64,000 nucleotides of DNA from Verrucomicrobiia bacterium (GTDB taxonomy: Bacteria > Verrucomicrobiota > Verrucomicrobiia > JABWAM01), in contig JAQUAF010000022.1 in NCBI GenBank assembly GCA_028687435.1, forward strand, positions 398-64,397, written 5' to 3'. The notes under the pieces are model-generated. The model was given only the letters and a program-made list of their open reading frames with translations, was not told the DNA's origin and ran no database searches. Positions 1 to 9,768 of this stretch are shown here, in pieces; the stretch's first letter is position 1, and each line of letters begins with the position of its first letter. The position numbers were made by a program, and so were the translations under genes.

Positions 1-1
1 T

Positions 2-1480
2 CGTTCAACGTATGGTTTGAGAGATAACTCCTTGCCTCCAGATGAGAAAATTTCTCCGGATCGGGCAGCCAAAGAAACGCTCGAATCCCAACGGTTAAAT
101 CTGAAGAAGATTTTTGAAGTGTATGAGTTTGCGAGTTCTTTGGGTGAAGACACCATTCCAGCCGAAGTCCTGACCTTGTTTGACCAGGCACGGGAAGACA
201 TGGAAAAAGCGATTCCTCCATTGGAACATCAAGAGTGGGCTTCAGCCGTGCCGCCTGAAGAACGGGCGCTTGGTCATCTGGTCGAAATTCTCCGGAATCT
301 GCGGCGAATCATTGGCAAAGGGGAATGCGGCGAATACAAAAAATCGGAACCGCGGGTTCAAACGTTGCGGGATCGGCAAACTTATCGTTTATCCGAATTG
401 GAAAAATTGGCAAGCGAACAGGAGACGCTGAACAAGGATGCGGAAAAAACGGATTCAGATAAAAAGGAACTGGCAGACCGGCAGCGGGAAATCGTGGAAA
501 AAACAGGGGAATTGGCCAATCAGCAGGAACAATCGGAAGCGGTCCGGCGGCTTTTGGAAGACGCCCGTCACGCCATGCAACAGGCTGAGAAGGCGGTTTC
601 CAGGAATTTGTCCGCGGAAGCCGGACAGTGGAGGAAAAAAGCGGAAGAACTGCTTCGGCAGGCGATCGCCCATGAGGCGGCTGAAAAACAAACGCAGACA
701 GCCCGTTTTCTTCAGCAGATGTTGCGTCAGATGGGCGAAATGCAAAAGGATTTGGAAAAACCGGAAGGCAACCCCCACCGGCAGCAGGAAACCGCGGCCA
801 AGGCGCTTGGTGAAATGGACAATCGACTTCAGGAACTGGCTGGCAGTGCGGGTGAAAACATCAAGAAGTTGTTGAATGACGCGGCGGATCAAACCGCCGA
901 AGCGGAAAAAACCTTCGCGGAAGGGAAGGGCAGGCCCGAAACGCTCAATCCGTCGATGGACGCTTTGGCCAAGGCTTATGCAAAGGCCCTTGGACGATCC
1001 GCTCATCTGGCCAAATTGGAACAGGAATTAAGGGAGTTGAAACAACAACTGGAAGGCGCGCGCAAACAGATGGAAAACGGCAAGGCCGAAAAAAACGAGG
1101 CCCTGCGAGAGTGGTTCAAGGAACTGGAGGCGCGGCAGCAATCCCTGGAGGCCGAGTTGCGGATGGGGTTGAACTGGGATCCTGGGTTGAGCCGGCTTTG
1201 CGGTCGATTGCATGATCATTGGGCTTATGTGCCCGGCTATGCCGGAGAGTGGAAGCTGGTTCATCCCCAACTGGGTGAATTGGTTGGCGACCTCAGTAAA
1301 ATACATCGGGCGCTGGAATCCCGGTTGAAGGAGGTTTTCTTTAGCGATCTGCTCGGGGCGATGCAAAACGAGGATGTTCCCCCGGAGTATCGTGAACTGG
1401 TAAACGCCTATTTCGAGCGGTTATCCCGCGAAATTGAAAAGGAAACCGGCAAAAAATCCTCCATCCCTTCCACCCCATGA
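2..1480 (+). CDS. coiled-coil protein, 5' end outside window; C-terminal PPEYRELVNAYFERLS tail (DUF4175-like, Bat/aerotolerance-type neighbourhood)
   Basis: Reading frame stays open back to the window edge, so the listed TTG at 17 is probably internal. E/K/Q/A-rich heptad-like sequence. Stop overlaps the next start (ATGA at 1477-1480). Confidence 0.6.
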   Translation, partial: RSTYGLRDNSLPPDEKISPDRAAKETLESQRLNLKKIFEVYEFASSLGEDTIPAEVLTLFDQAREDMEKAIPPLEHQEWASAVPPEERALGHLVEILRNLRRIIGKGECGEYKKSEPRVQTLRDRQTYRLSELEKLASEQETLNKDAEKTDSDKKELADRQREIVEKTGELANQQEQSEAVRRLLEDARHAMQQAEKAVSRNLSAEAGQWRKKAEELLRQAIAHEAAEKQTQTARFLQQMLRQMGEMQKDLEKPEGNPHRQQETAAKALGEMDNRLQELAGSAGENIKKLLNDAADQTAEAEKTFAEGKGRPETLNPSMDALAKAYAKALGRSAHLAKLEQELRELKQQLEGARKQMENGKAEKNEALREWFKELEARQQSLEAELRMGLNWDPGLSRLCGRLHDHWAYVPGYAGEWKLVHPQLGELVGDLSKIHRALESRLKEVFFSDLLGAMQNEDVPPEYRELVNAYFERLSREIEKETGKKSSIPSTP

Positions 1481-3699
1481 CCACCGAACTGATTTCCGCC
1501 CATGGTTGGACATGGGGACATCTGGCTCTCGCCGCCATCGTCTTGGCTTTGTTTTTCTGGCAAGCGTATCGCTGGACGCTGGTTTCCATTCCCCCTTTTC
1601 AACGCCTGTTCCTCTTGATGCTGCGATTGGTTTGGTCCTTGGGTCTTCTCTGGTGTCTCTGGGAGCCGGTCGCACAGAGCACCGTCAGAAAACAGATTGA
1701 TCTGAAAAACCGCGCCGTGGTCATGTTGGATGCCTCGCTCAGCATGGGGATTTCAGATCAGGGCGACAATAAGCGTTGGCAACAGGTACGGAATTTGGCA
1801 GGGCGGCTGGAGAGACTCTTCGCCGAAATCCGGTTGGAGAGAACGGAGTGGTTGGCCTTCGGCAGCCATGTGCGTCCATGGAACGAGAAGATGGTTCCGG
1901 TTGATCGACAAAGTCTGTTGTTGCGCGAGATCCGTGAAGTCGCGGAACAGCAACCGGCTTCGGGTGTGGCCAATACGCTTTTCCTGGTGACGGATGGCGG
2001 GGACACGGCGGAGACTCCCGCGGCGGAAGCCATTCCCTCCTTGCGCGCCCGCAATATCCGGGTGTTTCCTTTGCTATTGTCCGGGGTGGCGCAGCCGCCG
2101 CCGCTCGCGCGCATTGTTCGTGTTGCCGCTCCCCAGCAGGTGGCGCTCAATCAGGCTTTTGATTTGCGGGTGGATGCGCGCTTGCGGGCCAATCGTCCGG
2201 TTTCATTCAAAATGGTGGTGGAACGCGATGGTCAGGTCGTCGGTCAAAAGATCCTGCAGCAATGCGGGGAGGGTGTGACTCGTGTGACCTTTCCTTTCCG
2301 TGCGGAAGCTGCGCAGTCGTCGCTTTATACAGTCAAGCTGATGGATGCGGAGGGCAAAAAGGAGTTTAGTCGGATGAGCGCGGTGGTTTTGGCTAAAACG
2401 CGGGATGTTCTGCGGGTGTTGTACGTGCAAGGCGCGGTGGATTGGGAATATCGTTTTGTGCGTCAGGCGATTCGTCCCAATGCCTCGATGGTGATGAAGG
2501 GGGTGACCCACATCAAGGGGGACAAATTCCTGTTGCAGGAGACGGCCCAGAGTTCCGCGGATTCCAAGGAACTCAGTGTGCTGGCCATGCTTCAAGCCGG
2601 AATGAATGATTGCGACGTTTTTGTTTTTTCCAATGTCGATCCCAAACTGCTGAACGAGGAGTCCCAGAAAGTTTTGCTTCAGTTCATTCAAAAACGAGGG
2701 GGCGGCATTTTGTTTTTTACGGGCAATGCCGGTTTGACTGCCGGTTTTCGGGGAACACTTCTTGAACAATTGATGCCGGTTATTTTCGACGAAAAACCTG
2801 TTTTGGCGGGAGATGATCCCAAAACAACGGGAAAAGCAAACCTTCCGCCGACACTTTGTGCGCTGCAACTGACTCCCGAGGGACTGGCAAGCGAGATTTG
2901 GGGGGCGGACGCCGCCACAAGCGCTTCGTTGGGGCAGCCTCCTCCGACGTTTGAAAAATACATCCGCATCCAGCAGGCTAAACCAGCGGCTCAAATCCTT
3001 GCGGTCCATCCCGCGGATCAAATGGAGGGCAAACCCCGTCCGCTGATGGTGTCCCAAAACATGGGAGCCGGGCGGGTGGTCTTTCTGGGCGTGGACGGTC
3101 TTTGGCGCTGGCGCATGAACACCCCCGCGATTCAACGGGACTACGACCGTTTTTGGCAACAGCTTCTTTTGTGGCTGGGCGGACGTGTTGAAAATGACAC
3201 GCTCGAAGCGGATCGTTCCCGGTGCCAGCCCCAGGAGGAAATTCATCTCGTTTTGCGGGTTCGCAAGGCGGATGCCGGGAATCGTCTATGGGTCAAAAGT
3301 CTGAATGAAAGTGAGAGAGAAATTTCACTGGTTTGGAATGCCTCCCGAACCGAAGGCAAGGGGATTTTCCTGCCCGTTTCCGAAGGCGAAGTGATTTTTA
3401 CCGCGCGGAACAAATCCACGACGCTTTGTCAGCAAGCGGTTGACGTCAGCGCCATCGATCTTGAACGGGAATATTGTTCTTTGAATGAAACGCTGCTTCA
3501 ACAACTTGCCCGCGAAACCAATGGCCAGTGTCTGACTGAAGATAATCTGGAAATCATCCCGAGTCTTTTCCACTCCAAAACAGAAACCGCCACTCATCGC
3601 GAACAAAAACCGCTCTGGCACGAACCTTGGATTTTTCTGCTCATTCTGGGGGCTTTTGTCGGAGAGATCACGCTCCGTCAGCGGTTTAAATTGACGTAG
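1477..3699 (+). CDS. VWA-domain membrane protein (BatA-like N-terminus, GATase1-like central region)
   Basis: N-terminal TM helices. MIDAS-like VVMLDASLSMG and LFLVTDGGDT. C-terminal TM helix (WIFLLILGAFVGEI). Translationally coupled to the upstream ORF. Confidence 0.65.
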   Translation: MTTELISAHGWTWGHLALAAIVLALFFWQAYRWTLVSIPPFQRLFLLMLRLVWSLGLLWCLWEPVAQSTVRKQIDLKNRAVVMLDASLSMGISDQGDNKRWQQVRNLAGRLERLFAEIRLERTEWLAFGSHVRPWNEKMVPVDRQSLLLREIREVAEQQPASGVANTLFLVTDGGDTAETPAAEAIPSLRARNIRVFPLLLSGVAQPPPLARIVRVAAPQQVALNQAFDLRVDARLRANRPVSFKMVVERDGQVVGQKILQQCGEGVTRVTFPFRAEAAQSSLYTVKLMDAEGKKEFSRMSAVVLAKTRDVLRVLYVQGAVDWEYRFVRQAIRPNASMVMKGVTHIKGDKFLLQETAQSSADSKELSVLAMLQAGMNDCDVFVFSNVDPKLLNEESQKVLLQFIQKRGGGILFFTGNAGLTAGFRGTLLEQLMPVIFDEKPVLAGDDPKTTGKANLPPTLCALQLTPEGLASEIWGADAATSASLGQPPPTFEKYIRIQQAKPAAQILAVHPADQMEGKPRPLMVSQNMGAGRVVFLGVDGLWRWRMNTPAIQRDYDRFWQQLLLWLGGRVENDTLEADRSRCQPQEEIHLVLRVRKADAGNRLWVKSLNESEREISLVWNASRTEGKGIFLPVSEGEVIFTARNKSTTLCQQAVDVSAIDLEREYCSLNETLLQQLARETNGQCLTEDNLEIIPSLFHSKTETATHREQKPLWHEPWIFLLILGAFVGEITLRQRFKLT

Positions 3700-3706
3700 A
3701 ACGGTG

Positions 3707-4516
3707 TTATTCTTTCTTGAGATCCAAGGGCGCGTCCGGGTCGTAAGGATCGCCGGCGATGCGGACTTGGATATTGTCGTAAAGGATGTCCAATTGGGTT
3801 TCGGTATCTCGCGCTTGAAGCTGCATGGATGCGGATGTAAGCCTCCCCAATTGTCCGCGAAATTTCACGATTCCCAACAAGATATCGTCCACATAATATG
3901 AAATTTCTGAACTTGTGCGGTCCAAAAGCATTCGCATTTTGTGGAAAACCTCCATTTCGTTGCCAAAAGAAAATCCATTTTTTTCGTTCAGCATTCGGTA
4001 TGGGATTTTTGCTCCTTCCAAAGGGCGGCGTTGAATTACATACCCGCGTTTATAGAATGGTCCAAAAGATCCTTTTCCATTTATTCCTTCAAAAAACATG
4101 CATAAGCCGTTGCCCGCCTTTTCCATGCTGCCGGAAAGCGCGATTAATTGATACCCGTTGCTTCCCGAAGTCCTGAAGTCGCCTGAAACTTCGATGAGCG
4201 TGAGAGTATCCCCTTCAATGGGGCGAGTCATGCGGCATCCCGCCCAACGCCCAACGGTCGTGGTCCCCGCAATTCGCCCCACGCCGTCAGCCACCGACCA
4301 TTTCAAGCCGGGATCGGCGCAAACGACGGCCAGTGTTTCGTTGTTGTCATCGTCGAAATTGACTTCCGCGATGGTGGTCCATTTCAAATCTGCAAAAGGG
4401 TCGGCGGCCATGGTGAGATACGGTCCGGCGAGAGCAAAAGCCAGCAAGATGGCAACATGGAAAGGTCCATGGGAAGATGACGGTGGAGAAGATGCGTTAA
4501 AAGTGGTTTTATTCAT
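3707..4516 (-). CDS. secreted hypothetical protein
   Basis: 269-aa ORF with a signal-peptide-like HVAILLAFALAGPYLTMAA. No catalytic motif recognised. Confidence 0.5.
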   Translation of the reverse strand: MNKTTFNASSPPSSSHGPFHVAILLAFALAGPYLTMAADPFADLKWTTIAEVNFDDDNNETLAVVCADPGLKWSVADGVGRIAGTTTVGRWAGCRMTRPIEGDTLTLIEVSGDFRTSGSNGYQLIALSGSMEKAGNGLCMFFEGINGKGSFGPFYKRGYVIQRRPLEGAKIPYRMLNEKNGFSFGNEMEVFHKMRMLLDRTSSEISYYVDDILLGIVKFRGQLGRLTSASMQLQARDTETQLDILYDNIQVRIAGDPYDPDAPLDLKKE

Positions 4517-4532
4517 GGCGAATGATAATTTC

Positions 4533-5318
4533 TCAATGTGTCATGGCATAGATCACGATATTGGCGCCCATTTTGTAAGCCTCTTCGACCCTATTCTTCA
4601 TTTCCTGGCCGTCTTTTCCTGGCAAGAGACCGGTGTGTTTGGCCCAAATCCAAACGCACCCTATATCGGCGTCGCTGAAAAAGACGATCATCCGGTTTTG
4701 ATGAAAAAACCCCTCGCCGCCTTGTCCTTTGCGTTTTTTGGCGGCGGTGTCGGGCGAACGGTCGTTTTCCGGTCCGAAAAAGTTGGGCAATCCTTTTGGA
4801 AAAGAGTAAGGGGCGCGATAAATGTCGTGGTCCGGCGGCAATACCCGCCACTCGCCTTCAGGAAAGAGATTGGTCAGCAGGTCGTGAAGCTGAACTGAAA
4901 ACCGGCCCCGCTTTTTGTGGAGGTTGCTTTGGCCGCCGCAGTCGTCGGCAAACAGAAAACCGCCTCGCTGGAGATGAGCCTTCAGATTCTCTTTTTCTTT
5001 TGCAGTCAGTTCAAAACCATAGCATCCATCCATGAACAACAGGGGGTAATTGAAGAGGCGGTCATTGGAAAGATCAATCAACCGGACTTCTTCCCGCGCC
5101 TTGATCACCTTGTTTTCGTTCAGCCATTTAAGAAAATTGGGAATGTAAAACCGTCCATGATGATTGATCAGTTCTTCGTTTTTCTCCCAGTTTTTTCCTC
5201 CATAACGAACCATTGCAAATTCGAATGCGCCCTCCTTTGGCGGTGCGCCTGCCGGAACGCGCAGGCCAAAGATTAGGAGCCAGATTCCAGTTGTGACGAT
5301 GAATGTTTTTAGGCGCAT
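4533..5318 (-). CDS. DUF4159-like secreted protein
   Basis: Signal peptide. The pattern FEFAMVRYGG..W, NYPLLFMDGCYGFELT, LQRGGFLFADDCGG matches my memory of DUF4159, which commonly sits next to Bat/VWA genes. Confidence 0.65.
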   Translation of the reverse strand: MRLKTFIVTTGIWLLIFGLRVPAGAPPKEGAFEFAMVRYGGKNWEKNEELINHHGRFYIPNFLKWLNENKVIKAREEVRLIDLSNDRLFNYPLLFMDGCYGFELTAKEKENLKAHLQRGGFLFADDCGGQSNLHKKRGRFSVQLHDLLTNLFPEGEWRVLPPDHDIYRAPYSFPKGLPNFFGPENDRSPDTAAKKRKGQGGEGFFHQNRMIVFFSDADIGCVWIWAKHTGLLPGKDGQEMKNRVEEAYKMGANIVIYAMTH

Positions 5319-5477
5319 GGCGAAAAGAGCGGTTTTTGTTGGAAAGCCTCGGCATTTTTCTACAGATGCCGCAAAACTTCAATCCGAATTGTGGATGAAA
5401 ACTGCCGTGCGCGCCCGGTTTCAGGCGATCCCAAAAAGGCTTGTTTTCTTTGCGATCCGTCGCGACGATGTTGGCGT

Positions 5478-8204
5478 ATGCTTCGTTGTCTCTTCTATAT
5501 TGTCTTGGCGGCCATGATGACCCGAAGCGCTTGGGCGGAATCCCACGCGTTGATTGTCGTTGGCTTGGCGGGGGAAGCCGCCCAGTGGAAAATTTACCAG
5601 CGGGAATTGGCGGGTTGGGAAAAACTGCTTGTTTCCAATGGGATCGAAAAAAGCCGGTTGACCATCATCCAAACGCCGGAAAACAAGGCCGAGGCACAAG
5701 GGGCATCCACTCGCGACAAGGTAAAATTGCATTTGGAAGGCTGGCGCAGGAATCTCAAGGAAGCCGATGATGTTTTCCTGATCCTGATTGGCTGCGGTGT
5801 TACTCGGAATGATCAGTACCAGTTTCAAGTCCGCGGACCGCGTTTGACCGGGAAGGATTTTTGCGAAGCGCTTCGTCCCTTGAAAACTCGATCGCTGACG
5901 GTTTTTGCCACCGGCCCCGGCGGCGCCGGATTGGCCGAGGCTCTTCAAGCCTCCCGGCGCGTGATTATTTCCGCCACGGCAGAAGGAACCGAGATCAATC
6001 AAACGCAATTCGGCCTTTTTTGGATCGAAGCGGCCGCCGAGAATCCTCACAGTCCCATATTGAATCTTCTTCGGGCAACGGAAAAGAAAGTGGCTGGTTT
6101 TTACGAAGGTCAGCGTTTGGTTCGAAGTGAACATGCCCAGCTTCGAATCGGGAGAAAAGAGCCGATCGAGGCGCCCTTCGATATTGCCCTCAAGCCGGAA
6201 ATCCTGCAGCAATGGACTCTGGCGGCGCCGTCTTTTCCCTCGGATGGCACGGTCTTGGCCAGGAAAGCTGATGGCCTCAAGAAGACGACGCCGTCTTCTT
6301 CAGGCCATCCGACGGCTGATTCGGCCAAAATATCGGCGCCTGACTTGATCAAGGAAGATTATCGTCAAAATCGAGTGCGTCCTTCCACGGTGGAGGAAAA
6401 GGAAATTCTTGCCCGGGCGCCCAAGCCATCCGACTATCCCCGTGAAGATGGGGTGATTCTCTGGAAATCGGTCCGGAGCGAGGTCGCGGAGGATTACAGT
6501 GTCCGTGAGACGCACGAATACCGCATTCTCGTTTTTAATATGCGCCTTCGGCATCTTTTGGATCGGTTGATTGTGCCGTCTTATGGGGGCGGGATGAGAC
6601 TTTTGAGGCTCAAGACCATTACCCCTGGCGGCAAAACCATTGAGGTTTTCACTGAAGACATGCGCACGCATCCTGCCGGGAAAGATGACCAGGGAACGCC
6701 GGAAACGATTCCTTTTTTTGCGCCAGGCGTCATTCTGGGATCGATCGTGGACTACGCTTATGAAGTCTCCGCGCCCCGCCCGTCTTTTTCCGCCTTCTAT
6801 GATGAAACCTATTTGCAGGAAAAGGTTTCCATCAAGGATCTGACTTATCAGCTTTCTTACAGCAAGAAATTTCCGCTCAAAACCAAACTGCATGGGCCGG
6901 TTCCTGCGGACAACAAAACCGAGGAAACGCCTTACGCTACAGTTCAGAGTTGGAAATGGCGTGATTTGCCTGCGAGAGTTGAAGAGCCCGATTCGGTCTA
7001 TCGGGACGTTCGATCCTTGTGTGTGATGGCAGGCAGTTACAAGGGTTGGAAGGAATTTGCCGAATGGGCTCGTCGAATCATGAGAGGCGCCGCGGCTTCG
7101 AGCGAAGCCATTCGGGAAACCGCCTGTTCTTTGACCCGGAATTTGAAAGATGACGACGCTAAAATTCGGGCTGTGTTCGATTATGTTTCCTCTCTTCGTT
7201 ATGTGGCCATTGAGATGGGCGCCAACGCGTTTCGACCGCATACCGCCAACTCGGTTTTAATGCGCCAGTATGGCGATTGCAAAGACAAGGCTAATCTGCT
7301 CATCGCCCTTTTGAATGAAGCGGGAATTTCCGCGCAATTTGCGCTCGTGGCCCGCGCCCGTCCTTTTGATGAGAGTTTTGTGGGATTCCAATTTAATCAT
7401 GCCATCGCCGTGACGCGGCGTCCGGAAGGCCTTCTTTGGTTGGATGCCACGGACGAAGCCTGTCCCTTTGGCATGATGCCCCCGGGAGATCCGGGGCAGC
7501 GAGCCCTGGTTTTTGAAAAGGATGACGAGCATTTTGAAACCATCACCCCCTTTGCGGACTGGTATGACCCGGCCACCCGGTGTGAGGTGGAGATGGAATG
7601 GCCATCTGGAAATGAAATCGCGCGCGGCAAGGCGGTTGTTCAACTGGGCGGATTTCCTGATTATTTTTGGCGCAGTCGATGGCGGCATTCCTCATCCATG
7701 GATGTGGAACGGGAGTTATTTCATTATTTTCGCAAAGTTTGGCATCCGGTGACTGTCAAAACAGTGAAAATTGCCGCTCCGGAATCATTGAGTCAGCATA
7801 TGATTTTGGAAGCTGAACTGGAATGGCCTGTTCAGTTTTCAGACAAGCCTGTCGTAACATGGCCGGGCCCGCTATTGCCTCTGAATCGTGAAGTGGATGG
7901 ATGGAAACGGCAGACCACTCAACAACTCAACGAAGGATACCCCCTGGCGTTTGAACAGAAGATGGTCATCAAGATGCCCGGGCAACGCTTTTCTTTCCCA
8001 ATGGATGGAGAAAAATCCGGGCAGGTTGGAAAATATTTGAGTTTCAAAGTGACTACCCGCCAAGAGAAGGGTGGTCTGATTCGCCGGAGCACTCTGAAAG
8101 TTTCCAATCCCGAGATCCCTGTTGTCATCATGGAGGAAGTGCGGAAGAATCTCGATGCTTGGGCTTTGGCCACCGAGGCGCCGGTGGATTTGCCGGGACA
8201 ATAA
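5478..8204 (+). CDS. transglutaminase-like protein (DUF3857/transglutaminase-core/DUF3858-type) with an extra N-terminal C13/caspase-like domain
   Basis: Cys-His-Asp triad context: YGDCKDKANLLIALL, FNHAIAV, WLDATD. Signal peptide MLRCLFYIVLAAMMTRSAWA starts at ATG 5478 (ORF opens at 5391). Confidence 0.75.
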   Translation: MLRCLFYIVLAAMMTRSAWAESHALIVVGLAGEAAQWKIYQRELAGWEKLLVSNGIEKSRLTIIQTPENKAEAQGASTRDKVKLHLEGWRRNLKEADDVFLILIGCGVTRNDQYQFQVRGPRLTGKDFCEALRPLKTRSLTVFATGPGGAGLAEALQASRRVIISATAEGTEINQTQFGLFWIEAAAENPHSPILNLLRATEKKVAGFYEGQRLVRSEHAQLRIGRKEPIEAPFDIALKPEILQQWTLAAPSFPSDGTVLARKADGLKKTTPSSSGHPTADSAKISAPDLIKEDYRQNRVRPSTVEEKEILARAPKPSDYPREDGVILWKSVRSEVAEDYSVRETHEYRILVFNMRLRHLLDRLIVPSYGGGMRLLRLKTITPGGKTIEVFTEDMRTHPAGKDDQGTPETIPFFAPGVILGSIVDYAYEVSAPRPSFSAFYDETYLQEKVSIKDLTYQLSYSKKFPLKTKLHGPVPADNKTEETPYATVQSWKWRDLPARVEEPDSVYRDVRSLCVMAGSYKGWKEFAEWARRIMRGAAASSEAIRETACSLTRNLKDDDAKIRAVFDYVSSLRYVAIEMGANAFRPHTANSVLMRQYGDCKDKANLLIALLNEAGISAQFALVARARPFDESFVGFQFNHAIAVTRRPEGLLWLDATDEACPFGMMPPGDPGQRALVFEKDDEHFETITPFADWYDPATRCEVEMEWPSGNEIARGKAVVQLGGFPDYFWRSRWRHSSSMDVERELFHYFRKVWHPVTVKTVKIAAPESLSQHMILEAELEWPVQFSDKPVVTWPGPLLPLNREVDGWKRQTTQQLNEGYPLAFEQKMVIKMPGQRFSFPMDGEKSGQVGKYLSFKVTTRQEKGGLIRRSTLKVSNPEIPVVIMEEVRKNLDAWALATEAPVDLPGQ

Positions 8205-8245
8205 GAGTATTTCGCGACAGGCGCAGACTTTTAAAATCACCCGTC

Positions 8246-9547
8246 ATGATCTTCGATGCAAAGGGTTTTTTTGGCAAATTCGATGTCTATCGGGTCTTTT
8301 TCGTTTCGGTTTGTCTTTCGATCCTGTTGTGTTTTGCCGGCGTCTGCCTGGGGGTGATGTTGCGCACTCAGACGATGATCAAGGAGGAGATCCTGGCGCA
8401 GGCGCGGTCGCATTTTGTCAGCATTGTGTTGACCCGGAAATGGAACGCCAGCTACGGGGGGGTGTTTGTGGAGAAAACGGAGGGGGTGAAGTCGAATCCG
8501 TATTTGATCAATCCGGATTTCACCGCGGCCGATGGGAAGGTTTACACCAAAAAAAATCCCGCCTTGATGACGCGGGAAATTTCGGAATACGCCGCGAAGG
8601 AGGGGCTGTTCAATTTTCATATCACCAGTCTCAAGCCGTTGAATCCCGGCAACAAGGCCGATGCGTTTGAGGAGGCAGCGCTCAGGGATTTTGAGACAAA
8701 GGGGATCAAGGAGGCGCATGTCAGTGAACGCAAGGGAGAGGATCATTTTTTTCGCTATATTGCGCCGCTTTATGTGGAGAAATCCTGCCTCAAGTGCCAT
8801 CAAATCCAGGGATACAAGCTGGGGGATGTGCGAGGAGGGATCAGTGTCAGTTTCAACATCAACTGCCTGGAGAGCCAAATCCGGCTGCAGACTGTTTTCA
8901 TTGTGGCGGCGACGATTCTCATTGTCGTCATGTTGCTGGCTTTCATTTATTACTGTTTCAACAATTTGCGGCGCCAGCTTTCCGAGGCGAACGAGCAGTT
9001 GCGGCTGGCGGCCATTACGGATGGTCTGACGGGGCTTTTCAACCGGCGTCATACTTTTGCGCTTGTTGAGGATGAGTTTGAGAAGGCGCGCTCAGGCGGG
9101 CTGATCCTGGGGTGCCTGATGATGGACGTTGACAGGTTCAAATTCATCAATGACACCTTTGGACATCTGTCGGGCGACGCGGTGTTGCGTCAGATTGCCG
9201 GTGTTCTGCGCGGGGCGGTTCCTGCCGGGGCGTTGGTCGGGAGGTATGGAGGCGAGGAATTTCTGATGATGCTGCCGGGGATGAATCTGGCGGAGTCGAA
9301 ACGGGTTGCGGAATGGATACGGGACGGGATTGAGCGGCAGGTGGCGCGGGGGGCGGCTGTTCCCGGGTTGGAGAGGGTCACCATCAGCATTGGGGTGGCG
9401 GTCTTTCGAGGGGAGGATGACGGCATGGAGGCGTTGCTCAAGCGCGCGGATGAGGCTCTTTATCGCGCCAAGAAGAGGGGGAGGAACAGGGTGGAGGAGG
9501 AGGTTGGAGCACGCGAATGCTTTTCCCTTGTTGACACGGGGCGCTAA
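8246..9547 (+). CDS. diguanylate cyclase (GGDEF) with TM anchor and DUF3365-like haem-c sensor domain
   Basis: RYGGEEFLMMLPG active-site motif. CLKCH haem-binding motif followed by GDVRGGISVSF. ATG 8246 chosen because the upstream gene ends at 8204. Confidence 0.85.
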   Translation: MIFDAKGFFGKFDVYRVFFVSVCLSILLCFAGVCLGVMLRTQTMIKEEILAQARSHFVSIVLTRKWNASYGGVFVEKTEGVKSNPYLINPDFTAADGKVYTKKNPALMTREISEYAAKEGLFNFHITSLKPLNPGNKADAFEEAALRDFETKGIKEAHVSERKGEDHFFRYIAPLYVEKSCLKCHQIQGYKLGDVRGGISVSFNINCLESQIRLQTVFIVAATILIVVMLLAFIYYCFNNLRRQLSEANEQLRLAAITDGLTGLFNRRHTFALVEDEFEKARSGGLILGCLMMDVDRFKFINDTFGHLSGDAVLRQIAGVLRGAVPAGALVGRYGGEEFLMMLPGMNLAESKRVAEWIRDGIERQVARGAAVPGLERVTISIGVAVFRGEDDGMEALLKRADEALYRAKKRGRNRVEEEVGARECFSLVDTGR

Positions 9548-9563
9548 TGGGTGACCCTTGCGC

Positions 9564-9768
9564 TGATTTTTGATTGGAGAGGCGGGTGATTGAGTTCTGA
9601 AACGGCGTTTTGGACATCGATGAACAGGATGGGTTGCTTTGTGGAATGGCCGCCAAAAGGCACAAAATCGAAATTGAACAGGGGGGTGGAGTTCAAGATT
9701 TGGAGTTTTGGAAGGCGGGTTGGGAGTGGAGTTCGTGGATGAAGGCGAGCATGTTTTCGAGGGGGACG
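9564..9768. repeat. copy A of a ~205-220 bp dispersed repeat (3' flank plus last ~25 codons of the URO-D-family gene)
   Basis: Near-identical to 11958-12176 when aligned by eye, apart from small indels (gggattgg, ggatgggatgggg). Confidence 0.85.

Noticed and set aside
6245-6260. TGGCACGGTCTTGGCC sigma-54-like match
   Set aside because: It lies deep inside the transglutaminase CDS with no downstream gene start, and the -12 region (TGGCC) is poor. Probably a chance match.
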